Shown one piece after another: positions 24,735 to 37,094 of a DNA stretch of 64,000 nt. The stretch covers positions 1-64,000 of the forward strand of contig NW_026250407.1 in NCBI RefSeq assembly GCF_024521635.1, given 5' to 3'. Origin of the DNA: Tricharina praecox (taxonomy: Eukaryota). A program made the translations under genes and the position numbers. How positions within the stretch are numbered: position 1 is the first letter of the stretch; the number at the start of each line of letters is the position of its first letter. Below the pieces are notes generated by a model. That model saw nothing but the letters and a program-made list of their open reading frames with translations. It did no database searches and was not told where the DNA came from.

Positions 24735-27700
24735 GTACCGTTGCGTAGACTACCGTACCATATCGTATCCTCCGTATGTTACCGTATCACCTGTATCACC
24801 CGTACCGTACCGCACCGTTGTTTGTCCGTCCGTCCGTCCGTCCGCCCGTCCGAAGTGAAACTCCACATCTGATCGCTGACTCCACATCTCCCTCCCTGAC
24901 TCCTAGAGTGGACTCCCGGACTCCTGGACTCCCGCGGCAAGGCAACGCGGTAGAGTACAGTCGGTACATTCGTGATTTCATTACAATTACACGTCGGTAC
25001 AATTAGAAGTCGGTACATTGTCCCCTCCCCTCCCATCCCCGCGCCGCCCCCTGGCGCGGGAGTAATAGCTACCTACTACCTGGTATGTACGCCGTGCAAC
25101 TATCTATTCACGGTATCTCTATGCAAAAACCTCCCTTCACTCCTTTGCCCTCGCCCTCACCGTCGCCCTCGCCGCCTCGCCCCCCTCGGGATGGCTCAAG
25201 GTGAATGGACGGGTGTGTGAGTGGGTACGGTAGATACATAACACATAATACATAACACATATGCAATGTGGCGGAAACTCCTAGTTACCATAGTTACCAT
25301 AGTTATCTACTGGAGTGGAGTACCTAGAGTAGAGTCGAAGTCGGAGAGCTACCCGAAGCTGTGGGGGCGGCGGCGCGGCCGGAATGCGCTCAGACTCAAG
25401 CTTCACGCTCATGCTTGCCGATGCTGATGCTGAGGGCTTCTAGAATGAATTCTTAAGCGCGAATGGGGGCGGGAGCTTGGGAGGGTTCCTGCTCGTGTAC
25501 TGTGCATGAACTTGGGCTTGGAATTGGGCTTGGAATTGGGCTTACGATATGGTATATGTGGCGGCTTTTAATGCTATCCTGTCCTGTCCTGTCCGGTAGG
25601 TGGGTGGGTGGGTGGGTGGGTCTGGTTTTTCTTCATTTTCTTCTCGGCGGATTGTGGAGGTACGGTAGGTATGAGTAGACTGCCAGGTACATACATGTGT
25701 GGAGAATGCTCCCGTCCGCCGTGAAAGTTGAAACATCCCTCGCAGCCCGGTTGCTGTACAATACTCTATGTACACACCTACATACATGCCTGGGAGGTGA
25801 GGCGAAATTTCTTTCGCGGCACATGAAGATTCTACCTACCACTGCCTGCCTGCCTGACTACCTAGAATTGCTGGGAAGGGAAAGCGTGCACACGACGCTG
25901 GAGTACATAAATACTGGTATGTACCTATGTACTCCATAGTAAGCGCGGCGCAACAGGGGAGGTATGGAACATATCAGCCTGTTTCGAGTGGTCTCTACGC
26001 GTACGCGTGTGTGAAGGGATCCTCGGCCCGTCGCGGTCTGTGGGGAAGGGGGCAGGAGATTTGCTCTACATACATACAGATGGAGGTCACTCACGATTGC
26101 CGTCCATGACTGCGCAGATAGACGGGGAGGGACGGGTGTTGGCCATGTTGGCTGTGTTGTTTGTACACACAAATCCTCACCGCAGCCCTGCCGCCTCGGA
26201 ATGAGCTCTGTGCGCTGCAACATCAGTTGCAACTTGCAATCACAGCCCGCGAGCCAGCCAGCCAGCCAGACGATCGGTGATGATGAATCATGGCAGTGTT
26301 CCGGTGGGCGCGCCACAGGCCGGGGACAGATCGGAGAGGAGGCGGAGGAGGCGGCAGCCATTTTGTTTCGAGCCTACGTCCGCATCGGTATGTCTCACCG
26401 ACGTCTCCGACAACAAATAGGTTCAGCGATCTCCTCCCGTCGGCCGTCGGCCGTGAAACATCCGGCCGGGCCGCTTGAGAGCTCGAATGCCTACACAGAT
26501 TCCATGCGAAATTGCTCCCGCCCGTTATTCCTACAGCCTGTACATACATGTAACATAGGTACGGTGTAGTAGAGCGCCGTAGGCAAATAGGGCTGGCTTC
26601 CTGGCCGGGTGGACACGATTGTACCGAGCGCTCGCTCGTGGTTTCTCGAAGGATTCCACCGAGCGAGCCACGGAGGCGAGCATTCAGGCAATATTCGCAG
26701 GCGAACCTCACATCGAAACGACGGACGGTTGGTTCGCCTCACAGGCTGTAGCTACTCTTCGTAGTAACTCCCAAGCACGCAAGCGAGGGGAGAGTAAGCT
26801 GTAAGCGCGGCCTCGGCGCAAGAGACGGGGGATCCCAGGCCCCACAATACACAAACAAGCCAGCCCCCACCGACTACACTCAGGCTGAATGTCGGACGGT
26901 AGTCGAGCCGTTGGTGGTTTCACATGACGAAGTGGAGTATGAGGGAGACGGAGGGCTGGGGTGCTTGTTTCCTTCGAGCAAGATGTTCTTGACTCACGTG
27001 CAAACACACTCATTCCGGTTGCTTTTCTCCATGCCTACATACATATGGCCCGGAATCTGGAATGCGAAAAGAAAAATAGCCAGCGCTCTGGCCACTGACT
27101 TGCCTTCCCTGTTGCATGGTTATATCCGGACTGCGCACGCGGGTTAGTTAGCTGGCTGCACTGCAAGGTGACATCTTACTCCGCTCGCGCGCGCAATGTG
27201 AAATCAACATTATGGGAAACGGAGGGGGAAAAAATCCTCCATGGTGGAGGGAGGGGGCGGGGAGGGGCATCGGCGGGGAGGGGCACCGGCGGGGAGGGGG
27301 AGGGAATTTTGAAGTGAGGGGAAGATGGAGAAGAAAAAATACTCACTCTGCGGGCCGGCCGCGGCCGGCGGGTGGTAGTCCGTTCATTTACGATCACTCG
27401 CATACATCTAGAGTATAGCCGCCTGCATTGAAGGAGGGGTAAGATGCTAGGTGATTAACCAACAAAAAAAAGAAAGAAAAAATGGGTGAGATACTAGGTA
27501 GGGTGGAGCAGGTGCTCTGGAGTTAGAGCGATGACATGACGTCTGGGGGCGAGACACGACCTGCGGATGTGATTCGCAAATATTTATCGGTGCGATCGAT
27601 TCGTGATGGGGGGGGGTGGAAGAGGCTGGCGGTCGTGCTGGAGTTACTTCTACCGGAGATTGATACGTATCCATTGGTCGAACAGGCGGGTCGAGAGCTG

Positions 27701-30556
27701 TCCCGCATGCAAAGGCGGGGGGACGGTCGAGTCCGCCAGTCAAGTGTCAGTCAGAGCCCAGTTAACGGCCGACAAATCCTTCATTCCAATTGCCCGATCG
27801 AATGCGTTTCTGTCTGTCTATCGGTCGGTGAGTCGTCTAGGAGAGTGATTGAGCGGGCCGATAAACAAGCATCCATTTGACCGGAGATATGTCCTTCTCT
27901 ACTGTTAGAAACATGTACCTAAGGTACCTATGTGCGCGGTCATCGGAGCGGTCTCACCAGCAGGAATCAGCGAGCTGTAGATAGGTAGATATTCTGCTGC
28001 TATATGCTCACCTCGCGATGCACAGTTGCTTTTTTCTTGCGGAATACAGCTGGAGGAAGCCTCTGGAAGTTCCTTGAGGTCTTCGAGAAGGAATTAGAGT
28101 TGGATGGTGTGGCGGCAGTTGAGTAAGACGGTATGTAGTGCCAGCAGACCAGTGTTCAGGTGGTGGTGGAGGCGGGGATGGTGGGGATGGTGGTGGTGGT
28201 CGTTGTCGTGGTGGTGGCGCATGTAGGTATCTGTCGTATACGGTACTCTACTCTAGTAGATCCGCCAATGCGCGACACCATGACTTGCATCACACTATGA
28301 TGAGGCCAGCTATGGCCGTCGTCGAATCGTGTGCCGGAGAATTGCGGGGCAGCACAACTCGAATTAATATTCCGGCTCACGGGTATGTGTCTGCGGTCGA
28401 GAATGAAAGAATTGAAAGATGACCGTTTGACTTTCGATCCCAATTCCCCACAATTAAGAGCCCGGTTAAGGATGGGTGATCTGTCACTGGTAGATGCGTA
28501 GTTGTGTTCCTACCTGCCCAAGGTATGTACTCTATCGTCAATGCACTTTATCGTGAATGCGCCGTAGGTACGGCCGATACATTACCTTATGGCCAGCGAG
28601 GTATTTTTCGCTGTCGTTCCAACTGAACGTGAGCTCGCTACGGCAGCAGTCATGGTGATGGGGGTGCCCTAACGCTACAATGGACGTCTGTAGATATGTA
28701 TGTCAGGCAGGCATGTAGGTATGTATTTGACACGCAAGACGAGTCATCTCCGTTACTCTAGTTAACTCGCGCGCGACGAGAAGGACAACACGATGGCCAA
28801 TACGATGGCCAGCCATTCATAGCTCGCTGGCGTACATACGTCCCAGAGCCCAGAGTCAGGCCATTCCTCAACCCCGCACCCCACCGGTGTGCCCATTCGA
28901 GACCTCAGCGCCAGTCCCTGGTGACGACGTTGGCTGGCTGGTTGGCTAGCTTACCACCAGGCAGCCAGCTACCTAGGGGACAGCAAGTCAACGGCTGTCC
29001 GCCTGTCACCGACTGGTGGAATCAAGAAACTCATTGCGATGGGGAGCACCGCCCTCCCCCCACCGGGAGTAGGATGGGAGAAATCGAATCCGAACTGCGA
29101 CTCTACCGATCCATCTTCTTGAGGCGTTCTCCATTCGCCGCCTCCGGGCGGGGGCGAGGGCGGGGGGCGGAGGCCGGCTCTCGGAACTCCAGTCCCCCCC
29201 GCCCCCGCCCCAGGTTTTTAAGTCGGAAGCCCGCATCATCCTCCGTCAAACTCTACCAACTACATCCGGCAGAGTAGTCCCCGCCTTTGGTTTGCGCCGA
29301 TGCAATTGCCAGTGAGGACGTGAAATCGAGTGGCTGAGTTTCGTGCTTCGAATCCACCGATTCCCACTTCACTGGCCTCCCGTCGAGTGTTGGGAGATTG
29401 CGAACTCACCTGCCGAAGCTAGTATAATCTGACAGGCTGGAGAGCTTGCTTTCATAGGGCTCGTAGGCAATGAGGGCTCTGGAGTTTCCGACTCCGGTTG
29501 ATCAACGGAGGCCTAGCCTAGGAAATAGCTCCCCTACGCTAGACACCATGGAGGTGATTGAGTGGTTTGATGGCTGTAGACTTCGCTACCAAGTATAACG
29601 CAGATCATCTCCATGTACACCAACAACCAACTGAATGTACCTACTATCTAGTCTATGGCAGCACCTCGGCCTCGATTGGCATCCAGAGCTCCGTGCCGTC
29701 TCTATGAAATTTCCCGGCGAAACATACACGCAATTAGTACAACCAACCGATAAGCCCTAAAGCACCGCCCACGAGAGATACTCTTCAGCATCTTATTTAT
29801 TGGCTGGATTGCTTTGGAATTCTCATAGACAGGGCTGGGGTCCCTACGGTTGGATTCCGAATCCGAGTCGTATTCTTGGATAGTGATGAGTGTACACTGG
29901 CCTACCTACGTCAGCATGAGCCAAGTCAGCTCGTAGGCTGTCGACTCGAGCCCCAATATTTAGATTACTTACCTATCGTATCTTCCATATGTCTTAAGAG
30001 CGTGTTCTCAGAACCCAGAGGATGAAACATGACTTGGTTGGCCAAAATCGCTGACTTCTGAGCTCCAACAGACCCCACAATCGTCTATCGCTAGGTCGAG
30101 AAACTAACCTGCTCCTGAAGGTCTCCGTATAGTTCGCGTCGCACCTATTGTGGGGAAACCCGAAAGGCATGATGCCGAGTGGATAGTTGTGAGGATGACG
30201 GTATGCGTTCATTACGGGCTGCAAGGTTGGCTACGGTACTTGCTGTCTACTGGGTGTAGGCAGACATTTGCTCTCCTGCGAACGACTCTCCTCCGTTCTT
30301 GCAAGAAGCATCGGCCGTTGGCACGGGATTTTACGGACTCAGGCCGGCCCTGGAAGAGTGGTCATGCGCACACATCTCCTGTCGGAGGCATCAAGGCCAG
30401 TGCCTCGGAGCGCTCAAAGCAGGCGATACCGCATCGTGCGATGGAAGAATCATCCAGAGGCTCCGATCTGGCGGTGTCGTCACTTCGTCGTTATTATTGT
30501 GTATCGCTGGGGCACCCACCACTTTATAAGCATCGAATTCATGTTTCCAGCACGGA

Positions 30557-30707
30557 AAAAACCCAGTGTGGTCTAGTGGTTTAGACCACGCAATCGGCGA
30601 GGGGAGTTAAGGGAAAGTTTCGGGTTCAACCCAGGTGAAAGACCTTCTTATTCAGCTCTTGGGGTTTCCAAGCCACCCGCCGGGGTGGTGACGGTTTTTG
30701 TTTTTGG
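30557..30707 (+). mobile_element. Candidate tRNA-derived SINE / Pol III unit
   Basis: A-box TGGTCTAGTGG (30569-30579) inside a D-arm-like hairpin, B-box GGTTCAACCC (30623-30632), 3' hairpin and T5 runs. Flanked by CAGCACGGA/CATCACGGA (8/9 direct repeat). Confidence 0.55.
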
Positions 30708-31524
30708 CATCACGGATGGAGCACTGCTAATCACTCGGTAGTCGGAGGTGGGATCACGTGACACGCATTGCGCTGCCGGCTGTTTTTTTCTGTTTAATCA
30801 TCACTGCATTCAACCTTATTAGATCATGGCAGATTACATATCCGTTTCCATGTAGCAGTCACAGATCGCTGGCCGCCTGCTCGATACCGGTTCCCTATTG
30901 CTCTCCGCCCAGCCCTCCCCGCGAGTCAAACCTCCCTGCTCAACCCTCCGCTCTTTGTGCTGCCAGCTGTGGAGGCGCGAATCCCTATGATGATCTCCAT
31001 CATCGAGCGAAGGGTGGAAGCAAAACGTACGGCGAGGAACCCAAGTCCCCCCACACAGCAGGTAAGACGCTATAACGATGGATGATTCAGCGGTACTACG
31101 GGCCCCTATATACACACTGCTCTTCAACGTAGGAACTGAAATCCCACTATAGCGATCAAACTTGCAATGTGGGTTTGGGGAGTTCCCTTTCGTGCGATGC
31201 TATGTTATGTGATTCGGGGTTACTGGCCAAATATGACACACCTAGATCCGACGATGCTTTCTTGAGCTTCCCTTCGTCGTGGCTCTTCTCTGGTGAGAAT
31301 TTCAGTAATTCCCCGTGTCAACTTAGATTCCGAGCGTACACACAAGCTCACTTCGGCCTAATCGGTATCCGCCGTATAGGAATACTCACGCCTCCTAAAG
31401 TAAGCCATGATCTGTTTACCTATCAGCCTATATATCTCCAGCTTACGAGGTTATTCGAGTACACAAGGCTATTCATAAAGGGCCGTTAACGAATAATCTA
31501 GTGGCATCCTGACCATTCGTTAGA

Positions 31525-31803
31525 CAGTGTTCGACATAGTCCAGTCCGTCCGTCCTGCTCCTGGGATTGGACTGGACTGTATCTTGGCAGTCCATCCGGG
31601 AGCGGTGTTCGGACGGACTAGGTAGTCCAAATAAAATCGAGAGCAGGACGGACTGTAGTCGACTGCAGCCCGCACCCAGTCCACGAAATCCATGGACTGG
31701 ACGGACTACTTTTACGCAGTCTGTCCAAGGGGCAGGACTGGACCAGATTTTGGCAGTTCGTCTAGTCCAGATTGCAGTCCGGACCGGACTATGTCGAACA
31801 CTG
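31525..31803. mobile_element. hAT-type MITE (279 bp)
   Basis: TIR CAGTGTTCGACATAGTCC(A/G)GTCCG 23/24 match; many subterminal CAGTCC/GGACTG/GGACGG repeats; no TSD visible. Confidence 0.85.
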
Positions 31804-33179
31804 CCGGAGCTTTTTTTTTTTTTTGTGTTTAGTCATCAACTGGGGGAAAGCGGGGCCTCTTTTTCTATTTAATCGTCCATTGCGTGCGGCCTAACTACTA
31901 TCTAGATTATAGGAATGTACACATACCGTTTCCCATCCCACTGTCTCACTGTCCAACCCATCTCTCGTCCAGCGGCGCGATGTGGCTACCGCTGGGTGAT
32001 AGTCAGTGAAGTGAAAACCGCACTGGGCCATGCCAGCGTGCCCTAACCGTGAAAAAAACTGGATACCTAGATGCGTCTGCGTAATAGGGGAATGCTTTCT
32101 TCAATACCGTGAAAAAGCCTATGGGTCGGCGTGATTCTTTGCTGTCGAGGGCTGAGGTTGTGCAGCGGTGTGAGGTGGGTGCTGGCTATAGTATCACCAT
32201 ATCTCACTCGTAAGTCTCCGGATTTTCCCTCAAGCTCAACTCGGGTTAACGCATTGATTGACGAAGAGACGAAGCAGGTGGTCTGGAACGAGTGCGGCTC
32301 AGAGCGGCTCCCATATGAGTTCAGCAGTAATTCTCTGGCCTATCTGAAACGAGGCATTACTGATTGGAAGTAGGTCTAGGCGTACGCATTGATTGGATCG
32401 CGCATGAGCAAGTGCTACGCGTACTGACCATGGAAGAATATGCGATCAGACTCAACGGCGGCGAAATCTAGCAAAGCGCACACTCCTAGTAGTCTGCGCT
32501 CGATTTTCGGAGAAGGATGAATGTTAGCAGGATCGTACCCAGTGAGTATGGTGAGGTGGAAGAGACAAGCGGTTCGTCTGCAGCGGATGATTAGGGGTAG
32601 AATATGTGCGCATCTCCTTTGTTCTTTCCCTACGTTCTTTTATTTTACGTGTGATGAGGGATGAGGGGCCCCCTTGGACCAGCCGTCTTCGACGGCCGTT
32701 GGGAAGGGAGGATAGGAAGTTGTAACTGTCATGTCCGGACGCAGTCATGACAGAGTGATGAAACACTGGAGTAAAAAACGAGTGGTTACTTTTCTTTGTA
32801 AAACATATAGGCGTTAGATCCCCTATTGCCCTTGGGACTCGGAGTGATTGTGTAGGGACAGTAGCAAAAATTGGGGTACGATTGATACGGGAAGAATATC
32901 ATAGTCATTTGAATACCGAAGAACTACCAGATTTTTGTTCAATACATATGCCTACTTTTAGAAAAGTCTAAAGAACACGGATTCCCATAAAGACAGGGCT
33001 CAGGAGCCGTATCGTCTTTCTCGCATCACGTATCGAAAAAGTAATACGTCATCTATAGACAACGAGAGTTCTACAGTGTTGCAATGCGCTGCGTAACTAG
33101 GTATGTCAAGCGTGTAGTTGCAGGCTCGTCCTATACAAGACTGCATATTTGGTCAACTTCGGTAGCTTAGTACGTGATC

Positions 33180-33679
33180 CAGTGTTCTACATAATCCAGT
33201 CCAGTCCGTCCGGACCCATGGACGGGACTGGACTACATCTGTCGGACGGGACGGACTGCAGTCGACTGCCAAGACCAGCAAAAAATCAGAAGGCGACATG
33301 AATTACAAGAGAAAAAGCTCCATGCGTATTATCGGTGGTTGTAGTGGCTGAGGGAAGTATGAGTGTAGTATGCGCATCGGCTGAAGATGACCCCGTGGCG
33401 TTGCTGGTACTGGACGACGATTGTGGCGCAGCTTTGTCGGTAATGATCGAAGATTGTGGCGCATAATTGCTGGTACTGGACGAAATTGAACACACGATAG
33501 TGGGAAATACTGTCATATTTGGTGGGCTAAGTCACCGTAAGTGCTGAAAAAAGTGGCACTTTCTTCACTACCGGACTGAAGTCGACTGCAGTCCAATCCC
33601 GTCCAGCAAATTGGCGGACGGGACGGACTACTTTTATCCCGTCCGGACTGCAGTCTGGGCCGGATTATGGAGAACACTG
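33180..33679. mobile_element. hAT-type non-autonomous element (500 bp) with perfect 8-bp TSD
   Basis: TIR CAGTGTTCT(A/C)CATAATCC 17/18; ACGTGATC at 33172-33179 and 33680-33687; shares subterminal motifs with 31525-31803. Confidence 0.92.
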
Positions 33680-33908
33680 ACGTGATCTTCGACCAGATGG
33701 CTGCGGTATCACTACTGAAAGACTTCCGGGCTTGCAGAAATCGGTGCTTACCAGTACTTTAGGGTCCGTATCATACAATGCGATCTTTTGAAGTATCACG
33801 GGGTTTGGTAGATGCAGTACCTACTACCTAGCACAACGGATTTGCAGACGGCTCCTTTACCAACACCCATCCAACCCGGTGGTGGGGTCTAGAGAAGTTC
33901 ACACACTG

Positions 33909-34030
33909 CCTTTCGCCGACAGCTCCTTCTCTCGCCAACAGCTTCTCTATCACCTCTTTCTCTCGCTGATAGCTCCACCTCTCACAGACAGCTGCACCTC
34001 TCGCTGACATATCATCCTCTCGCTGAAATT
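33909..34030. repeat. Degenerate ~19-bp minisatellite (CTCTCGCTGACAGCT-like), ~6 units
   Basis: Seen directly. Confidence 0.65.
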
Positions 34031-34836
34031 TACGTAGTGTAGGCACTGCCTGATACCTCTCAATTCATGAGGGACTCGGTAGCTCTACTATATTCAGCAC
34101 AATCCGTATGGTTTCCTCTCCAGTTTATTCCGTAGGCCTACGGCACTTCCTGCCCTACAAGAATGCAGTAAATGTTTGTTTGCGTACAGCACGTCCTACT
34201 CACAGTACGTATTCTTGAACCTAGAGGGTTCCTGACATATGCATACCGGATTCAGTGACCGGAGCGTTCTGCTCAGCACGGCATTTCTTCCGTAGGACTC
34301 TTGTCCTGATAGTTTTACTACAGTCCAGGAAATATGTGATTGGCATGACGTTTTCTCTACACCACCGGTATTCTGCGAATTAAGTAGTTCTCTGGTAGTT
34401 CTTTGGTATTCTGGACAGTGCGTAGTATTTTGCATTCGAAAGAAGTGCGGTATATTGTCCTTCTGGCTTTTTAGTAAACGTATCTTTACAACACTGCGTG
34501 GATCTAATTTGTCGATACCGTAGAATTGAGACTGTAGGGGAAACAAATGCTAGAGTAAATCTGTATTTTCTGAGACTGCTAGATTTAAATCCGATCAGTA
34601 CTACTGGAGACCTTCCGCATCAATCGCACCCCACTTTTTGCTATTGTTGTGTCGGCACAGGTCTATACAATCACATGCGAATTTACATTATTTAATCGGG
34701 TTGTTATTTTTATGTTGCTATCGCCTGGTGACTCTGGTCAGGTACGGTATTAGAACCAATCACTTGACTGACTACCACTGAATTCGGAGCCGAATTGCAG
34801 ATTACCGAAGCCATCCTAACGTACAAGCTATACTGC

Positions 34837-36681
34837 CTACAAAGTCTTCAACAACTCGTCCACGACTTTCCTCAAGTCCTCAGGCTTAACGTTAAGCGAC
34901 TTGACACCCGCGCGACGACTCTGCACCTCAATGAGCCCATCCTTCTTCCACGCGCGGCCAAGAACCAAAAACACCGGATACCCGACCAAATCCGCATCTT
35001 TCATCTTCCAAACTAGTTCACGCTCGCGGTCATCAACCACTACATCTCTGGTGTTGCCGCTGGTAAGGCTATCGTAGATCATTTCGACGTCCTCACGGGC
35101 CTCGGAGAAGTGCGTGATGATGCACACCTCGAACGGTGCTACGACTGCGGGCCAGCCAAGTCCCTTACTGTCGCGGTGGCCCTCGGCAATGGCGGCGATC
35201 ATGCGGGATACGCCGAGGCCATGGCAGCCCTGTTGCATGGGCACCCGGGTTTGCTCGACGGTGCTGACCATAGCATTGAGCGGGACTGTGTACCGCGTGC
35301 CGAGGTGGAAGGTGTGGCCTAGCTCGATGGCGGTGGTGGTCTTAAGGTGTCCTTCCTCACAGCGTGGGCAGCTATCATCGATACGGGATTTCATCAGCGT
35401 TAAACGGGTGCCGGTTGCGGGGTGGGTTGATATGGAGGTGGTGGGAATGCGCTTGTCAGCGATGAAGCTGGAGTGGCTCCTGTGGTCGGTGTGGTTTGAA
35501 AACGAGGACTCGGCGAGTGGATACGGGAGCGCGCTGTCGAACAGGTTGATGATTTGGCTGTGCTTCTGATCTTCGGCAGGCGCAGGGTAAGGTGTGAAGC
35601 TGTCGTAAAACAGGTCAAGCGGGTGAGATACACTCGGATCGAGGTCAGGAACTAAGTCCCTGATACGATGCAGGTTGACCTCGTTGGGCTCGGTTGTGCC
35701 ATGAGCATTCTTGGAGTTGCGCAGGAAGTAGGTATTAATGAGTGTCATACGATCCACAGTGATGGAGTGGTGCAGGCCAATCTCGGACGAAGAGGGCTGA
35801 AGCTGGCTAGGTGGGGAAGGGCGAGGGATGGCGACTTCCGAATTGGCGGTGTAGTTGCATGACGTGCACGAAAGGATCGTGTCCTCGCCTGTTGGTGAAG
35901 GGTATAGGTATTCGTGCGACAATTTGCCGCCCATGTTTCCCGAGTCCGCCTCTGCCACCAAATACGGCAGTCCTATTTCGTCAAATAGCGCACGGTACGC
36001 AACCTGGACATCAGCGTAGGTCTCCAGCGCCGCCGCCTCTGTCGTGTCAAAAGTGTAAAGATCCTTCATGGTGAACTCCTTTCCCCGCAACAATCCTGCA
36101 CGTGGCCGACGTTCGTCTCGGTACTTCCGTCCAATCTGGTAAACTCGCAATGGCAATTGCTTGTAACTTCCGACGATGCTCCCGACCAACGCGGTGATTT
36201 CCTCCTCATGCGTAGGCGCAAGAAGGTACCGCGTCCCCTTGCGGTCCTTGAAACGCATCAATTCGGCCCCACCACCAGCCAACCGCCCTGTCTTCTCCCA
36301 TAACTTTTCGGTGGATACAGATGACAGTGCGAGCTTGGAGGCCCCGATGCTGCGCATGTGCTTGTCGATCAACCGCTCCAGTTTCTCGTGGACGCGGAAG
36401 CCCAGCGGAAGATAATGGAAGATCCCCGAATAAGCCTGCCGTAGGAAACCCGTCCGTACGAGAAGAGCGTGGGTGTCTTCTGGGCCATCTTTGGATTGGG
36501 CAATGCCGCCGCTTGGCACGAAGAAGTTGGACAGCCGGTTGCGGTGATCAACCTGTCTGTGTTAGAGCGAGGGCGATGGAACAGCGACACGATTGCCTAC
36601 GTTCAAGCATCGGTAAAGGCATGGTGAGGTCCGAAGGAGACTGGATGTGGGCCGCCGTAGGAGTAGTAGTGTTAGTGTCAT
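34837..36681 (-). CDS. AIM10: Mitochondrial prolyl-tRNA synthetase; exons 36681-36601 and 36552-34837
   Basis: Class II motifs LAPTHEEEIT, YQIGRKYRDERRPRAGLLRGKEFTMKDLY, IELGHTFHLGTRY, GCHGLGVSRMIAA and anticodon-binding domain. Exon 1 MTLTLLLLRRPTSSLLRTS looks like a presequence; 48-nt GT-AG intron. Confidence 0.93.
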
Positions 36682-37094
36682 GTTGGAGTGCGGGGGGGGG
36701 CGGACCTGCGGCGATGAGGGCGGCTATCACTCATCCATGCTCGAGCCAAGACCGAGCGGACTGCACACGGTGTCACTCGTGACCACTTTTCTCAGCTTGA
36801 TGATAAGAGTTATTCGATTCTTCTATCGGCAGAACAAAAATCAGGAAACTTTTTCAGATTCTGTAGTTTTGCGGTGCTTCTCGGTTGAGCGCGGCCAAAC
36901 ATTATTTGCGCCAGTCCCACAAATACGCAAGCCGCTGTTGATCCCTGCACGCGCTTGAAGAAAAAAACCGAAAGCGAAGACGCGCTCTCGAAGCAGGCGG
37001 GCAACAGCAGTGGGGGAGGAAACACCACGAATTCGCACTTCCTCTTTCCATCACGACCACCTCAGCAGCAAAGACGATCGATCGAATCCGCGGA
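36682..37094. promoter_or_regulatory. Divergent promoter for ProRS/MAK21 with PAC-like GCGATGAG (36711-36718) and RRPE-like TGAAAAAGTTT (minus strand, ~36846-36856)
   Basis: Head-to-head gene arrangement; motifs resemble yeast ribosome-biogenesis elements. Confidence 0.45.

Noticed and set aside
31525..33679. Composite transposon formed by both MITEs
   Set aside because: Outer flanks share no TSD, and the right element has its own perfect TSD.
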